Source: Carcharhinus amblyrhynchos
Lineage: Eukaryota
Direction: 5' to 3'
Length of the DNA: 64,000 nt
NCBI GenBank assembly: GCA_965287045.1
Contig: OZ336874.1
Location: 17,608,001-17,672,000, forward strand
The number at the start of each line of letters is the position of its first letter. Within the stretch, counting starts at the first letter, position 1. Under the pieces are notes generated by a model, which saw only the letters and a list, made by a program, of their open reading frames with translations, searched no databases and was not told where the DNA came from. Shown one piece after another: positions 49,185 to 63,460 of this stretch. Both the position numbers and the translations under genes were made by a program.

Positions 49185-50627
49185 ACATTACAACAACCTA
49201 AGTCTAAACTAACTAAAGTAAATCAAATGATTAGAAAAGTAAAATTTCACTGATAATGAACACAGGGTACCTGCAATAAGTTTCTTTTTGACACGCTCAC
49301 CACAACAATCACAAGGTAAACAATGCAGACAAACAACTAGAGCTCCCATGCCAAAGGCCATTGGGATTTTAAAAAAAGTGCAGATGTGTTTGGTTATCAG
49401 ATTTACAGATAAAGAATTATTCTCGAGTTGCAATATATTGCTTTTCTATTATCCAGTCAAAACGTATAAACAAAAAGAACCGCCGTCACTCCCAAAATAA
49501 CATTACTATGAAATAATACTTTAGAAAATACCAGCTGTTCAATGTTGAGAAATACATACAAAGATCAAGGGGAAGGGTGAAGAAGCTGGTCAGGCTAATC
49601 ATTAAACCTTTCTTATAAAGTTATAAACATTAACAGAAATTCATGCAAGGTCTTCCAGAGTAATCACATTGCAAACTTTTGTTTGGTTTACATTTTTTCC
49701 TGGAGTCACCGGGACAGATTTTGATTTACGTGACTGTGTGTAACAACAGGTGATAGCAAATCGGCAGCTCGTTTTCTGTCACACCCCATTTTAATTCATT
49801 CTAGCCCAATTTTTTGTCATCACCCAACTTTCACAGACAAACACTTATTGAGAGTCTCCAGATAGTAATCAGGAGTGAGAATCCTAATCGGACTGACCCG
49901 TCCCTGCCTCTGGAATACGGAAATCAATTATAACATTCCAGCCACAACCCAAGCTGAGTTCCAGTAACCAAGTGCTGAAGAATTGAAGGAGCACTTCGAG
50001 AGGAGCTTTGAAGATAGCTGTAATCTTCTAAAATGGTGGCGTTCTGATGTACAGCCCTATATCATTGCAGTTTGAGCTCTGATTGTATGCACTATTCCAA
50101 AACAACACTGCCATGCAGCCCACTTCAGCTGATTCACCGATAAACACAATGTTCTTGTTGGCTTTACACACCACACAGGATGCAACCATGGTAAAAGATC
50201 AAAAAAAACAAAAATTAAACAAAATCAATTTTACTTTTTTTTAAGAAAGTAATGCTGATTGATTAAGAGAATAAATCTTCAATGAGCCAGTTAAAATTTA
50301 CTTTATTTAAGGCGCCCAAAAAAAAGCAACAGAGAAAATAAACATAGTCAGAAAACTAAGCAAACTGTAGCTTCAGGGCACGACTGCTTTTTGGCTGATT
50401 ACCTGAGTAAAGTATGGAGATGTCAACCCAGAAGGCCAAAACACTATCAGATATGTCACACTGAAGTAACATTCAAATAACGCACACATTTTGACAGTGT
50501 CGATATAAGTTGCACATAATCAGCAATCACAGTGTAGCTTCTGCAAATAGAGAAGGAATGTTGCTGGTTGGCGGCGTGAATCTCTCTAAGTGGCTCCTGC
50601 TGTGTTCTTTATCGATGACCAATCCAA

Positions 50628-51030
50628 TTTTTATTTTATTTGGTCATTGGCAGGTTAAACATCATGGGCAAAAGCCAATATTATTTTGTCCAGTCCTCAT
50701 TATCTGTGCAAGGGCGATTGTGCTTCAACAACTGATGTAGAGTCATCTGGTGTCAGTACACTCACACTGCTGTTAGGTTGGGAGTTCCAGGATTTTGACC
50801 CAACAACAATGAAGGAATGGTGACATATTTCCAAGGCAGGACAGTGTGCGACTTGGAGGAATACTTGCAAGTGCTGACATTCCCACACACCTACTGCCCT
50901 TGTCTTTCTAGGTGATGGGGGTTATTGGTTTCAGAGGTGTAGCCAAAGGAGCCACGGCAAATTGCTGAATCACGTCTTCTAGATTGCTAACACTGCTGCC
51001 ACATTGCACTGGTGGTGAAAGGGAGTGATT
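50628..51030 (-). mobile_element. CR1-group (non-HER1) LINE 3' fragment
   Basis: gggagttccaggattttgaccc and gcccttgtctttctaggtg are the reverse of 52815-52945. Confidence 0.75.
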
Positions 51031-51874
51031 TTGGGTGTGTAACTTCCAGCAGCAGGTTTAATTTCCTCTGGGTGCAAATTTTATTGGTCCAATTAACCCA
51101 TGTAGACAGATTCCAGCATTTCAAGAGTCATGAATCAATTTAAATCCATAGCTTACACATTGCACAGAAACATTTCTCCAGCAAATTTCAGCAGTACAGC
51201 AAATGTAACACGCAAAGGAAATTAAACTCATAGATCCCAGAGTCTGTCAAGGAACACAGACCTTATCCATCAAATAATGCAGGCAGTGCGCAGAAAAACT
51301 AATGAATGCAAGGATTTGTATGAAACACACTGAGATATTAAGTTGCTCAAGGAACTCACAGCTGGTGGTGTGAGGTGTTACATTGTCCCAGGCATGTGAA
51401 TGAGCAATGTTCTAGCCCAATTCATTCTCCTCTAATTTTCTTCACATGACAGTGAATAATTAGAATATTTCCAAATCAAAACCACTTTGAAAAGTCTTCA
51501 TGTACTATCTTCATCCTCAAGAGAATTCTAAAAATGTCTTTCACCCAGGAAAATTCCTTAAAAATTGACATTGTTCCAAAACAGGTGTCAACCAGCTCAT
51601 TAAACTGGAGGTTGTGGAATTACCCTGATTTCTGATGAAGTCCTGGTAAAAATTAGCCAAGCAATGTGCTTTTGGTTCACCTGAATCAGACATCACCATC
51701 AGAAAAGGTAACTTTTTACACTCCACTCAATTTAGTGTGATCATACATATCAGACCCCAATAACAAAGAAAAAGAACTTTCGCTTGAACCTTGTACATCA
51801 AGCTGTTTTACTTCATTTTGGTGGCAGTACCAATGCTTGACCTCCATCTTATGAAGGTGTTAACCTCATTTGAT

Positions 51875-52165
51875 GGCAGCTTGCCCACTCTGGGTCAGAT
51901 GATACAGGTTCAAGAACCATTCCAGTCACCTGGCACTAGGCTAGCAATTCAGTACAGTATTGAAGGGGTGCTGCTGTCAGAGGTGCTATCTCTCATGTTG
52001 GTGTAAAACATTAAATGGTACTACTCAAAGAGCATAATCTTGGTGACCAGACTATTCTGAGCATTTGTGTAATAGGATCTTGATGCACACAACTGACTAC
52101 TGCATTTATCTACATAACAACATTAACCATGCTGCAGAAACCATTCACTCACTTTGAAGCACATT
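51875..52165 (+). mobile_element. Deu-type (SacSINE1-like) SINE, decayed
   Basis: ctctgggtcagatg...ggttcaag head; cagtacagtattgaaggggtgctgc; ggatcttgatgcacacaactgactactgcattt. Confidence 0.6.
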
Positions 52166-52519
52166 GTTTCTTTCATCCCAATGTCCTTTTCGTTGGTTCC
52201 AAACAGGAACAATGGCGCAACTAGTGCTGTCCCAATATTGAAATTGGCAAGCCTACAACAACCAGTTGCAATCACTCCTTTTATCCAACAGCTTCCTTAC
52301 ACAGAGTTTTCAAAATCAATATGGATTAATATACATAACATGCATCATATGAAGTGTACGATGCAATGCTGGCCCACCAGTCCTTTAGAATCAGTGGAAA
52401 ATCCAACCTCAGTACTCTAACCTTACCCAAAGGTAATGGTTTCTATCTAGAGTCACACTTCCATCGATGCTGGGCCCCCATCATCATCTCACTCAAGTAG
52501 ACATTTTCCAAATGTGAAA

Positions 52520-53030
52520 ATGGGAATTCTGCAACAAGTTATTTGCCTCCTGACTCCTTAAAACCTGTCCACCTTCTACAATGCACAAGTCGTCGGTGTG
52601 TTAGGATACTCTTCACCTGCTTGTATGAGTGTGGCTCCATCAAACTCAACACCAGCACGGAAAAGCAGTCTCCGTGATTGGCACCCCATCCACCATTTTA
52701 ATCATCCATTCCATCTGACACTAATGCAAAGTGGCAGTACTATGTACCATCTACAAGATGCACTGCAACATCAGAAGCTCCTTGACAGCATCTTCCAAAT
52801 CTTGCCACCTCTGCCACCTAGAAGAACTAGGGCAGCAGACAGATGTGAACACCACTATCTGCAACACCCTTCCTAGTCACTCACCAAAATATACCTCCAT
52901 TCTTTTACCATCACAGGGTCAAAATCCTGAAGCTTCCTCCCTAATACCATGTGACAATTCACCACCACATACTCGAGGGAAATTAAGGATAGGCAATAAA
53001 ATCTGACTTTATCAGTGATGCCCACATCAG
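52520..53030 (+). mobile_element. CR1-group (non-HER1) LINE 3' fragment
   Basis: FYNAQVVGVLGYSSPACMSVAP resembles the YKAQVRS.MEY motif; 3' tail shared with the SINE at 7774. Confidence 0.75.
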
Positions 53031-53909
53031 CCCCCTGTCTCTCTTTCAACTTTTCCTGCTGTGTTACATGGGACACAATGCTGGTTGATCAGCCTTCAGA
53101 TCAATTACCATTTTTGGATTGGATGTGTGGTTTACTGGCATCGAATGTCTTTCTTGCCGCAAACCTTCCACATCTGGGCCGGAGAACAACACCAGTGCAT
53201 GTAAGCTTGCCTGCAGTCTGTACAATGGAAGTTGATAAACTGAAATCAGGTGGTTATCACAAATGAATTCAATATTCTGATCTAGCATTCACAAAAGTAC
53301 ATTTTAGGCATGAGTCATTGCATACAATCTTGAGAAGCAGGCAAAGATAGACAACTCTTCCAACCCTGGGAGATAGTAAAGCCAACTCCAAGCCTTGTTG
53401 ATCTTTTCCAGCTGTGATCAACTCGCTTAGCAAAGCTCAATAATAACACCTTAAAGCATCCTGGCTTGTAATGCTCAGACCACATCACACATTTAGCTAC
53501 TCAATGATCAAGAGAACTGTGTGCATTAACAGTGGCACAAAGTCGGTTTCAGACAAACAATGAGCTTCACTTATTTTGCTTCCTTTAACTGACAGAAAAT
53601 TACTGCAAAAGCAAAAGCCCAATCAAGCTTCTATTCTTAAGGACCTTTTTTCCCATTCATCCTTTAATGAAATTCGTTTTATTACTTTGCCAATGTACTT
53701 ACCTGAGTTTACACATGTAAAACTTCCAAGCACCAATTTAATTGATAAGTACTTAGTAAATAACAAATGAAGCATTGGCAAGCAGCCACAAACTATTGCA
53801 ATTTACTATCGACTGGCAGGATTCCATTGTAGCCATTCTTCTCCAGCAAAGTAACTGATCATAAATAGAAACAGTTATGCCACGCAAAATTTTGTTCACA
53901 GGGAGTAGG

Positions 53910-54195
53910 GTCCCTTGATAGCTCGTTGAGACCATCTATCAATAGCTGAGGCTAGGAAGGCCACCAATTCAGTGCTAAATCTACAGAGAGTTTGCTGATC
54001 CTAATCATCTCTCAGGGTGATGAAAAAACAAATCATCCAGGGGTATTGCTCTCCACTGACCCTGCTAAAGTGAACATTTGTGGATGTCACAAGAGCAAGG
54101 GTGCGTCTATGAAATTCCTTAGACTCAAATCCTCACAGCCAAGGTTCTTGAAGGAATAACGATCATTTAAGTGAGATATCCAAGGATAGCTGTGG
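53910..54195 (+). mobile_element. Ancient SINE-like repeat, same family as 10130
   Basis: gagtttgctgatc...aaatcatccagggg...ccactgaccctgctaaagtg...tgtggatgtc. Confidence 0.4.
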
Positions 54196-54389
54196 ACTTC
54201 AATAGGCAGTAAATATTTAAAGGGGGGGAGCGGGGCAGGGGGAGGTGGTGGATGGAAGAGAATTTGTAAAGGAATAAAATGATTTTCAGTATAAAAGTCT
54301 TCCTTACATTAACATTTCTTTGTGTTTTAAATAAAGAGAATAAAAGAGATTAGATTGGCAGAAACTATTTAGTTGGGGAATATAGGATT

Positions 54390-54870
54390 ATGGAGCATAA
54401 TGTAAATCATAGAGGTAGAACCAAAATGAAATTATAAAATACTTATTCATGCATAGTGTGATGATGTTTGGAACTCTCTCCCAACAACAACAATTGATAC
54501 TATGGACGAGAGATTTTCCAACCCTAACCCACCCCACCCCCCGTACGATATGCCTTGCAATGGCAGAGGTGGCCTGCCATTGCCTGTTGGCGGGATCCTC
54601 TGGTCCTGCCACTGTCAACAAGGTTATCCATCATTTGCACCCTCTACTACCAGGGAACCCAAGATGGTAGGTGGTTGCCATCGGTGGGATCATCAAATGG
54701 CTGGAAAATCCCACCGGAATCTATTGTCAATTTTAAAACAGAGATCAGTAGCTTTTTGTTCACCAAAGGTATTAGGGAATATGGGCAATTAGCCGTGATC
54801 TTATTGAATGGCAGAAGAGAATTGAGGGGTTAAATGGCCCATTCCGGTTCCTATCTTACTATTTTCTTCT
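54390..54870 (+). mobile_element. CR1 3' fragment with MITE insertion (54503-54716)
   Basis: tttggaactctctcccaac; agccgtgatcttattgaatggc...aaatggccc...ttcctatcttac; MITE ends ggaaaatcccacc. Confidence 0.75.
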
Positions 54871-56736
54871 ACCCATGATCTCTTGTGAAGTAATGCAATA
54901 CCTCCATCAACTCCATTACCATCCATAAGCCTTGATTTTCTTTTTATTTCAGATCTTACATTTTGCCAGCAGCAAATCATAAGGTGCCTCATGAATTTAC
55001 TTTACCATTATTTCTGTTGCGGAATAAAAACCATTTAACTCGGTTGTCATTTTTAAAATAAAACATATTAGAACTGCGATTTGATGCGCTTCAGTAAAAG
55101 AGAATTTATTCTGAGGGACGTTCAAAGGAATGTTTGGACACAGATAACAGTTAAAAGAAAAAAAAGATGTATGATCTTCTATTTAGCCCTGAGACTTTTG
55201 ACTGCGCCAGCAATTTGCAAGCTCCCTGGGCCAGCCGTTTTTGTGAAAGCTTTCTGCTTTCACATCACGAAGCTGAAAAAAGCTGAACATTACAGTAATA
55301 AAACTATTCAAGCATAAAGAAAAGTTTTTTTAAACTTAAAAAGTTTAAGCCATAAAAATCGTTAAACACTGCAGCTGCTTTCTGTTTACCCAGCTTTTCT
55401 TTCCTGCAGCCTTTCTTGATAAAAAAAGAACATCACACCTTTTCTTTATTTCTAACAAATGCACTCAATGTTATGTTTTACTTCTTCCTAGATTTGTTGC
55501 TTCCTTTCTTAAACCATGCTGGTGCTGGCTGAACAACAGAGTGTCTGTTTTCCCTTTACAGTGAAAGTCACTCATAAATGAGCAGTTTGCTGACAAGCAG
55601 GGCCAGAACTTATCCTACTCTCAACCGATATCCTCACGCACACTTTCCAACAGGATTACTGGGCCATTTTCAGCAGCAAAATCCAATGAATAATTTCTCC
55701 CACCTTCCAACCTGCAGGCACCAAGACCCAGCTGGAGTGCCTTCGCAGCTGCTCTGTCTGGAATCAGAAGTTTGCAGGCAAAGAAACCAGTGTCAAACCT
55801 GGAGGCCTCCTGGGCTCCGTGGCCATTTAAAGTGGAGCTCGGTCTTTTTTTTGGGAAGGGAAATTAAAATGCCATTGGCAGTGGTCCACTGGGAAACTGA
55901 TTTATTTTCCATGTGTCGTCTACCTACCCTAAAGAGTCGCAACATCACTTAATTGGCGCACTGGGGTTCCGGGCAGTCACGGCTCAAAATCTGACTTCCA
56001 AGACGGCCAATTCAGAGTCAAGGCTCATAAGGTCACACGGCCAAACTCAGGATTGGCTTTTAAAACGTTAAACTGCAATTTTTAATCACTCCAACAGCCA
56101 CCTCATTCACAACCCTTTCCATCCTACACTACAATACCTTTCCATTCCCATTCCAAGAGTTAAAATGGTTTGAATATTGTCCCATGTTCAAACAGAAAAT
56201 TTTGATTTCTGAGTTCAGTGTGGCATTGGGTTGGCGGGGGGGGGGCAGGATTTGGCAGTGGTGAGATGGTGGGGCGGGGGGGGCGGGGGGTGGCTGCGGA
56301 TGGGATGGTGGAGATGAGTAATTCCAATTCAGCTGGCAGCACAATGTTGCTGGGTCAAATTTTATTAATGATGGCCAACAGTAGTGTCGCCAAGAGAGGT
56401 GCTCAGGCAGGAAAACTCAGGCTAATAGAAGGTAGACAAAGCCATTATTTAAAATAATCAAAAAGCCAAGTTCTGGAGGGGAATCCCCTTCAGGAAAATT
56501 GCTGGGGTAGTAGGAGTTACCCTACCTGCCCACATTTGCCTCTCCTTCTAGAAATCACTGCCACCCCCCAAGGCTGCCACTGGAAGGACTTGTCCATGTA
56601 GCTGATGGTCTCCTTACATGATCATGTAGGAGCAGGAGGAGGGGAGTCAATCTGCCATTGTCAAAATGCTAATGACACAGGTGAATAGCCCTAACTGGGT
56701 GCTCAATTATGGAAACCGAGTAAAATAATCCATGGT

Positions 56737-57082
56737 CATAGAATAGATCACAGAATGCTACAGTGCAGAAAGAGGCTCTTCGACCCATCGAGTCTGTACC
56801 AAACACAATCCCACCCAGGCCCTACGCCCATATCCCTACATATTATACCCACTAATCCCTCTAACCTCCACTACCCTGGACACTAAGAGGCAATTTCTTA
56901 GCACAGCCAATCAACCTAACCCGCACATCTTTGGACTGTGGGAGGAAACCGGAGTACCCAGAGGAAACCCACGCAGACACAAGGAGAACATGCAAACTCC
57001 ACACAGGCAGTGACCCGAGCCAAGAATCAAACCCAGGACCCTGGATCTGTGAAGCAGCAGTGTTAACCACTGTGCTACTGCG
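56737..57082 (-). mobile_element. HE1-type SINE with 7-bp TSD, inside a MITE-like element (~56348-57170)
   Basis: Full HE1 body; ccatggt at 56730-56736 and 57083-57089. Confidence 0.92.
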
Positions 57083-57654
57083 CCATGGTGTTGGAGCAGT
57101 TCCCTGCGAGTTTACTGGCTCCGCTCAACCCCATCCCATCTCCTGGGGGCCAGTAAATTTTCAGCAAATGGGGGTGTCTACTATACCTGATCAGACCCAA
57201 ATTGTTCTTACAATGGGAAGGAGCATACTGAACAGATGGTCAGTTAAGTTCAAGAGGTGAGCACAGCAAGCCTGAGGAGAGAGCACATTTTTCCATCTCA
57301 ATTGTAGGAAATCATTTGTCTACTCTGAATTTGCAATATTTTGTGCTAAGGCAAGGGAGGAGCTGAGTTTCCCAATTGGTAGGTGAGCATGAGTGGGGGA
57401 GGGAGGAGTGAATGTAAGTTGGGGGGGGCAGAGTATGAATGGAGGAAGGGGTGGTGGGCTGAGGAGGATGGTGGCATTTGGGAAGGGCTCAATCTTTGGG
57501 TCAACTTTCACAAAGAGTTGGGGAGGGGGAGGAAGGTTCAGTTTTATAAGCTTTCAGAAAATGGGCTTTATTTTCAATCATTGGCAACTTTATTTTCACT
57601 GCTGCCAGTTCCACAGGCTCTGCTGGTGCTCCTTGGGGGGAGGGGGAGAGGGGT

Positions 57655-57674
57655 GAGACAGAGAGAGAGAGAGA
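57655..57674. repeat. (GA)n microsatellite
   Basis: gagacagagagagagagaga. Confidence 0.8.
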
Positions 57675-60600
57675 ATTCAGCAACTTCTGTTTTGTTGCCT
57701 TGAGAGTAGAACACAATTTTATTTTGCAATTTCTACAATCTTGGATAATAATTTCCCATGAACAACTGCTCGCTTTGAAGGCATTTGGACAACTTTTGTC
57801 CAGGGAATTAACACTTCTCATCCCCGTGACAAAAGATGTGGTGAGGGGATTCTGTGGAGTTGTTTTCAGAATTCCGGTTGCAATTTAGGTAAAAGGAGTG
57901 AAGGCTCAGCAAGTGAAGGAGTGACTGAAAGCTGTGTGAAACCGGAGGGGAAAAAGAACATGAAATGAGGCTGTCATAAATTTTTAATGCACCTTTACTA
58001 TACTTTAGTGAGGCACCCTAACAGGTCCCTAAAATATCTTCAGCACATCCTAACCATTCACTGGTTTTAACATCTTACAGATTAGTTGATCACTTCTCCT
58101 CTTTCATTCACTGCTGCAACCCTCTTTGGTTTGGCTCAACACTCAGCACTTGCATTCCCATTGAGAACTGGGAGAGAAACCACATTCATTGTTTCTTTGT
58201 GGCATCATCCTCCGATCCAGTTTCATCAGTTATACGAGAATGACGTAATGGGGACAGGAATAATACAGAAACTGCAAGCCCATCGTTTATCCATATGCAT
58301 CGCAAGAAAAAGATGTCGCCAGATCCCTGGTGACCTAAGCAACGACAGAAAGCAACCGCCAGGGGAGAAGAAGGGGAAAAAAAAACCCAGGAAACCTTTG
58401 TAGTAATTAAACAGCCAGAAGAGCATGTCACACAATAAAAGGAATGACTTCCCTACTGGGGTTTAATTTCCCTTAAAAACTTAATTTACTGGGTAGGTTG
58501 AGCTCCACTTTAAATTGTTCATTAAAAACTCTTTCTTAGGCCTGTCTAAAAATCCAAGATTAAAAAAAAATTAACACTATTAGTATTGTCACATTAGAAA
58601 ACACGGCACTTCACACTAGCATCAATTACAGAAAACAGAACGTGATAATTAATGGAACATTTAAAAAGGCTGCACCCACAGGGTAAAAAAAACAAAAAAA
58701 AAATTGTTCTTCTTTCTGCTCTTAACCAAATGTTGAAATCACTGCTAAATTTGGTTAGTTTCTGAACCTTATACACAAACTTTCAGATATAGTTCTTGTA
58801 TAAATCAGCAGTTAGAAATGGTTGAACAAGCATCACTTCTGGCATGCCTTTGAGTCGACCTGACCAGGCTTTCCATATCTTCAAAATTTATTTTCTGTAT
58901 ATCTCAAACGCAATGTTTTGGGAGGTGGAATTAGCAGCACCCCGCAAATCAGTAACTGCGCACTGCTTTCTCATCAATAGAAATCTGTCCATAATTTAGA
59001 CAAGTCACTACTCAGGAAATAGTTAACCCCATTCAAATACACTTGCACTAAAGGGCAAGAGAAAAGAAACAGCCTGTTTCAGACAAATATTTCAATTACC
59101 TGGAAGGTATTAGAGAACAGCCATCAATGTACTGTTTCAGAAAAGATAGAGGGGAAGGGGGGCATAGTAAAGGAAGAGACACACTCTCTCTAACATGACT
59201 CTCCTAGCGACGTGTGTTCCCAACATCACTGCTTGTATCTACAGAAACCTCTTGTTAGCCGAGAAGACTCGCTCTTGCCCACTCAAGAAAGTGATGCTTG
59301 GTTTTATCGAACTGGTGTATTTTCCTTGGTCAATAGAACATCATCATCCAGGGCTGCAACGTTCGGCAATTGTATGTCCAAACCAACTGATTTAGTGCTA
59401 TAGAGGCTCCTCCAGCTGTGAAGGATAATTAGCAGCTATTCTTATGAGCTGGGTCAAATACAGAACTCAGGTCATCAAACACACATACACATGAAACAAT
59501 TCTAAGATTCACATTCTTTTTTTTTTAAACACCTCATCTAATCACGTTAGTGAAATCACCTTAAAATAACCCTGATATAAACAAATATTTCTCAATCTCA
59601 TGTTGCTTCTTTTTTATTAAAGTATTGCATTATGTACGAGTTTGTTCACGTGCAATGCTCCTGTATGTCCATATCAGCCTCACAGAGAATCCCATTCAAC
59701 TAATGCCGAAGTGTTACTGCTGTCTCCTGAAGGAAAGGATATGGTTTACCGGCTATCATAAGTTTTCACAACTTTTCAACAATCACAGAGAAGGTAAAGC
59801 TTTTATTATTACGTAATTGTCAAGTAAAATTTTTCAACAAACAAAAACTTTCAGAGCTTGACTCAAATAAAAATGAAGCAATACTTGAAAACCCTTGAAA
59901 GCCATGAATCAGTCTATTATTCATAACTTGCTTGATTGATTTCCGGAACAACTCATTCTTGATTTTCACAACAACCAATAATTAAGAGGTTTGTACACAT
60001 TTTAAAGAAACCTCATTCGCCACTGCCCAAAAGACCGTCAGTAATTCCTAATCTCCATCGTTGCTACTGACCTCCATGCAAACCTCACAACTGGCTACAG
60101 GCATCCAGCATTCATCACCACTTATGAAACCTAACCTTTCAGAGACAGACAGCTGCATGTGGCAAAAGCCGAACAGCTATTTTTTGTAACTGGGTTCTGT
60201 TGAACAGCAGGATATGTCAATTAACAGGAACAACTAATACGCGCATTTTGCAATTAAAGAATTATAAAATGCCACAAATGTGCAAAAGTGAATTCTGAGC
60301 GTACACATCTACTCTGTAGGTTGAAAAAAAGCTCCAGCAATTTTTCTGAAATCGACCTCTTTTAACCACCTGGCGGTAATGTAATATATTCGAGATGAAT
60401 TCAGGTAACATTCCTATATATGTAAGGCTTTTCCTCCAAAACCCCTGAACATAAACCTGCTATTACAACTTGCCAAACTATTGGAATGAATCACTTGTAC
60501 AGCAAATATAAAGCTGAGCTAATGTGTTCCTACCAATTATCGAATACTAACAATCAACATTAGGTAAAGCACTTTGGACCAACAAGGCTGATTTAATGAT

Positions 60601-62789
60601 TTAAAGCCTCAATTCAGACTGGGTGAAATGGCAAACTAGTGAGCAGTAGTTTATTAGAGGAACATGTAGCATTTCCCAATAGTGAGACTCGGGTACATTT
60701 GTCACATTCGTTTTGAACAGGCATACATCTTGACCTGCAGAGACAATATTAACCAACTGTTATTTCTATCTTCAAAAGTCAACCATCCCTTTTCAGTTTG
60801 ACAGTTCCTGGTTTAAACCAAAATTAATTGATAAACCTCTTTGCATTGCCAGGCTAGTGCTGCAATTAACACTTTTATTGCACAGGATCTCACTATGTAC
60901 AGAACAATGTGCTAATTAAAGGGGTATTCAACCTAGCACTTTACCAACTGACTTATTTCAGCAGGAGAAAATTTTGGCATTTGTTGCTATTTCTGACCCT
61001 TTTTAAAATATTAGCTGTAAGCTTGACTGTTCATATTGATTTGATGATCCATGGTTCTGAACCTGATTCAATTTATGCTAATTTTTTGATAAAATGTAAT
61101 TGTTACGAAATTGATGACACATTTGTATTGTTTATTACCTGCTTAATTTCTCTGATTTAGATAAAGGACACATTTGGATGGGGGGGGGGGTTAAAAATTC
61201 ATAATATTTAGAAAATGAAAAGTTTGCATAACATTGCGCAAGAGCAGCATTCTTCTCAAGGGGATAAAATTGTGCGTTGGAATTATCTTCTATCAGAAAA
61301 CCAGCAAATAAAATGTTGAGGGAATGGCTGCATGAAGGAAAATAGAAGCAGTGCATAAACACAATTACAAAAGGATAGAAATGAAGCAAGGGAGGGCAGA
61401 CTAGGAACTATTGTGTGCAGTTTGTCTTGAATGCATCTGCAAGCTCCACCCACAAAAACATTTATCAATCAAGAAGAAAAATAATACCCTGTATGTACAT
61501 AGCGTTACAGACACTTCATTCATTGAATATGATTTAGATACAAAATAATATTTGCTTCGGTCAAACCAAAACAGAACAGACAGATGGGACACAAACACAA
61601 TTGCTTGCTGTTCTCCAGGAAAAGCATTGTTCAAAACTTCACCTTTCTTTTTCAGCGCTGCCTTCCACCCAACCCTTTCTTTGGAACATTAGGCTATATT
61701 TTTACAAAACTGTGATTGATACAGGAATGTAACTTCTGGATTCCATGCTAAGCCCTTGGTCAAATGAGTACAGAAGGTAAAGTTCAGCAGCTTCAAATAT
61801 TCATCATCGAATTTCTATGTTACTGTACATTTGTCACAAAGAAGCTTTCAGTCTAGTCGGTCAGGGGTAATAGTTTTTACTCCAGGTCGTATATCATTGA
61901 TAATTTATGAGTGAATATTTTTAAAACAGTGACTGGGTTTCTGTCCAACGGTTGTAGTTACCCATTTAGGAAGGTATGCAGTTGATTCACCCACACTGAT
62001 TTGCTCAATTCTGAAAGCCAACCATCTGCAACCAGATTTTAAAAAATAGATACCATGAATAAAGATGTTGAGAAGAAAAAAAAATAAGGCATCTTCAACT
62101 TCAAAATCACACCTAAGATTCAGTCAATATTTAATTTCTATCTTCTCACACCTGTTTAAAACCATTATTACATAATCAGAATACCTCATTAAGAATAAGT
62201 ACAGAAAAGATGCAGTTGCAAAAAATAATAAAACTTAAGCTTTCTTTGAAACTTAGACACAAAATTCCAGAATAATCAATAGTGCAACGGCAAATTTTGC
62301 ACGTAATCACATTTTCCTGATCACTTGCAATTAAATCCAAATTACCACAAAAGCTGACAACAGTTGCCTGCAGTATCCCGTAAAACACAACTGTGTCTCT
62401 GTGTACGATTAGAAATAAGAGTCAGAGAGATTCGGTTAGATCCTTCAATCTTTTACTTATGTGCATTTTTTTCACAAGGGGACTTCACCCTCAATCCTTC
62501 CCCAAGACAAAACAAACAGTGAGCAAGTCAACGTGCCTTTTTTTTTACATAAGTGCAAAACTCCTTAAATGCATTTCAAAGTGTCAAAATAATCCGTCCG
62601 TACAGAGCAGCTGCTTATTTTGAAAGGTAGCATTCTATTCATTAGTCTTTAACTTGCTCGAGTATGAATACTTGGAAGCCAATGCAAACCAAAATTGTAA
62701 ATACCAAACAAGTTTGCGTGGATACCACTTTAAATTTATTTTAAATGTTTAAAATAGCCCCAGGTCACGTTTAGGGAAAGTTAGCAGAG

Positions 62790-63460
62790 TAAGTTAGCGC
62801 CTGGTGAAGGCTGCTGGAGTGAGGAATGGGGAATGTTTTGCGGGGAGTGCAGTGTAGACAGGCCCCTAGCGGCTCAACAGCCGGCTTCAGCGCTTCACTC
62901 GCTGACAGACAGCAGCCAAAGCGGACAACTGACCGGCGGGGAAAGCACTCCAGTCTCAGGGCATAGACACAAAACCAGCCCCTGGGACACAGTTTGAGCC
63001 TCTCTCTCTCTTATTCGGAGACGACCGTCCTTCTCGGTGGCTGCCTGAATAGAAGTTTCTATGTATCGAATGGGCTGTGTGTAATGTGTCCTCTCTCTGG
63101 ACCCGAAGAGGAATGCTGTGTTAGTTTGTTTCCAGAGAGAGAGAGAACAAAAATGATGCCCGTCGCATGCAACAATTAATAATCCCCCTTCTGCCACCAG
63201 TCACTGGGAGAGGACATGCCTGTGGAAACATGTGGTTGTCACAGAAACAAAGAATCCAGCCGTGTTAATGCACCTTGACAAACCTGAGAGCCTCATCTGA
63301 AGAGAGTGGGTCCCCCATCCCCAAGGAGGCGCCTCCCTCCTCCTCCACTCCGGCCACAACCTCCTGCACACACCCCCTTCGCCCCCACACCCCTCCCCCC
63401 GGCTCAGGAAGGGGAGGGGGCACCAGCTCCTTTTTTTTAACCCTTCATTTCCCGGTGGGA
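62790..63460. promoter_or_regulatory. CpG/GC-enriched patch, likely promoter-proximal or CpG-island shore
   Basis: Dense CpGs at 62795-62940 (gccggcttcagcgcttcactcgc, accggcgggg), GC-box-like ttcgccccc and ggggaggggg at 63370-63420, against a CpG-depleted background. Confidence 0.5.

Noticed and set aside
49971-50076. Short frame AEELKEHFERSFEDSCNLLKWWRS, faintly like a hAT dimerisation motif
   Set aside because: About 35 codons bounded by stops, with no other transposase features
56225-56295. G-rich tract with G-quadruplex potential; also 17410-17445, 21720-21765 and C-rich 2460-2640
   Set aside because: Low-complexity tracts, mostly within or beside repeats; no evidence of function
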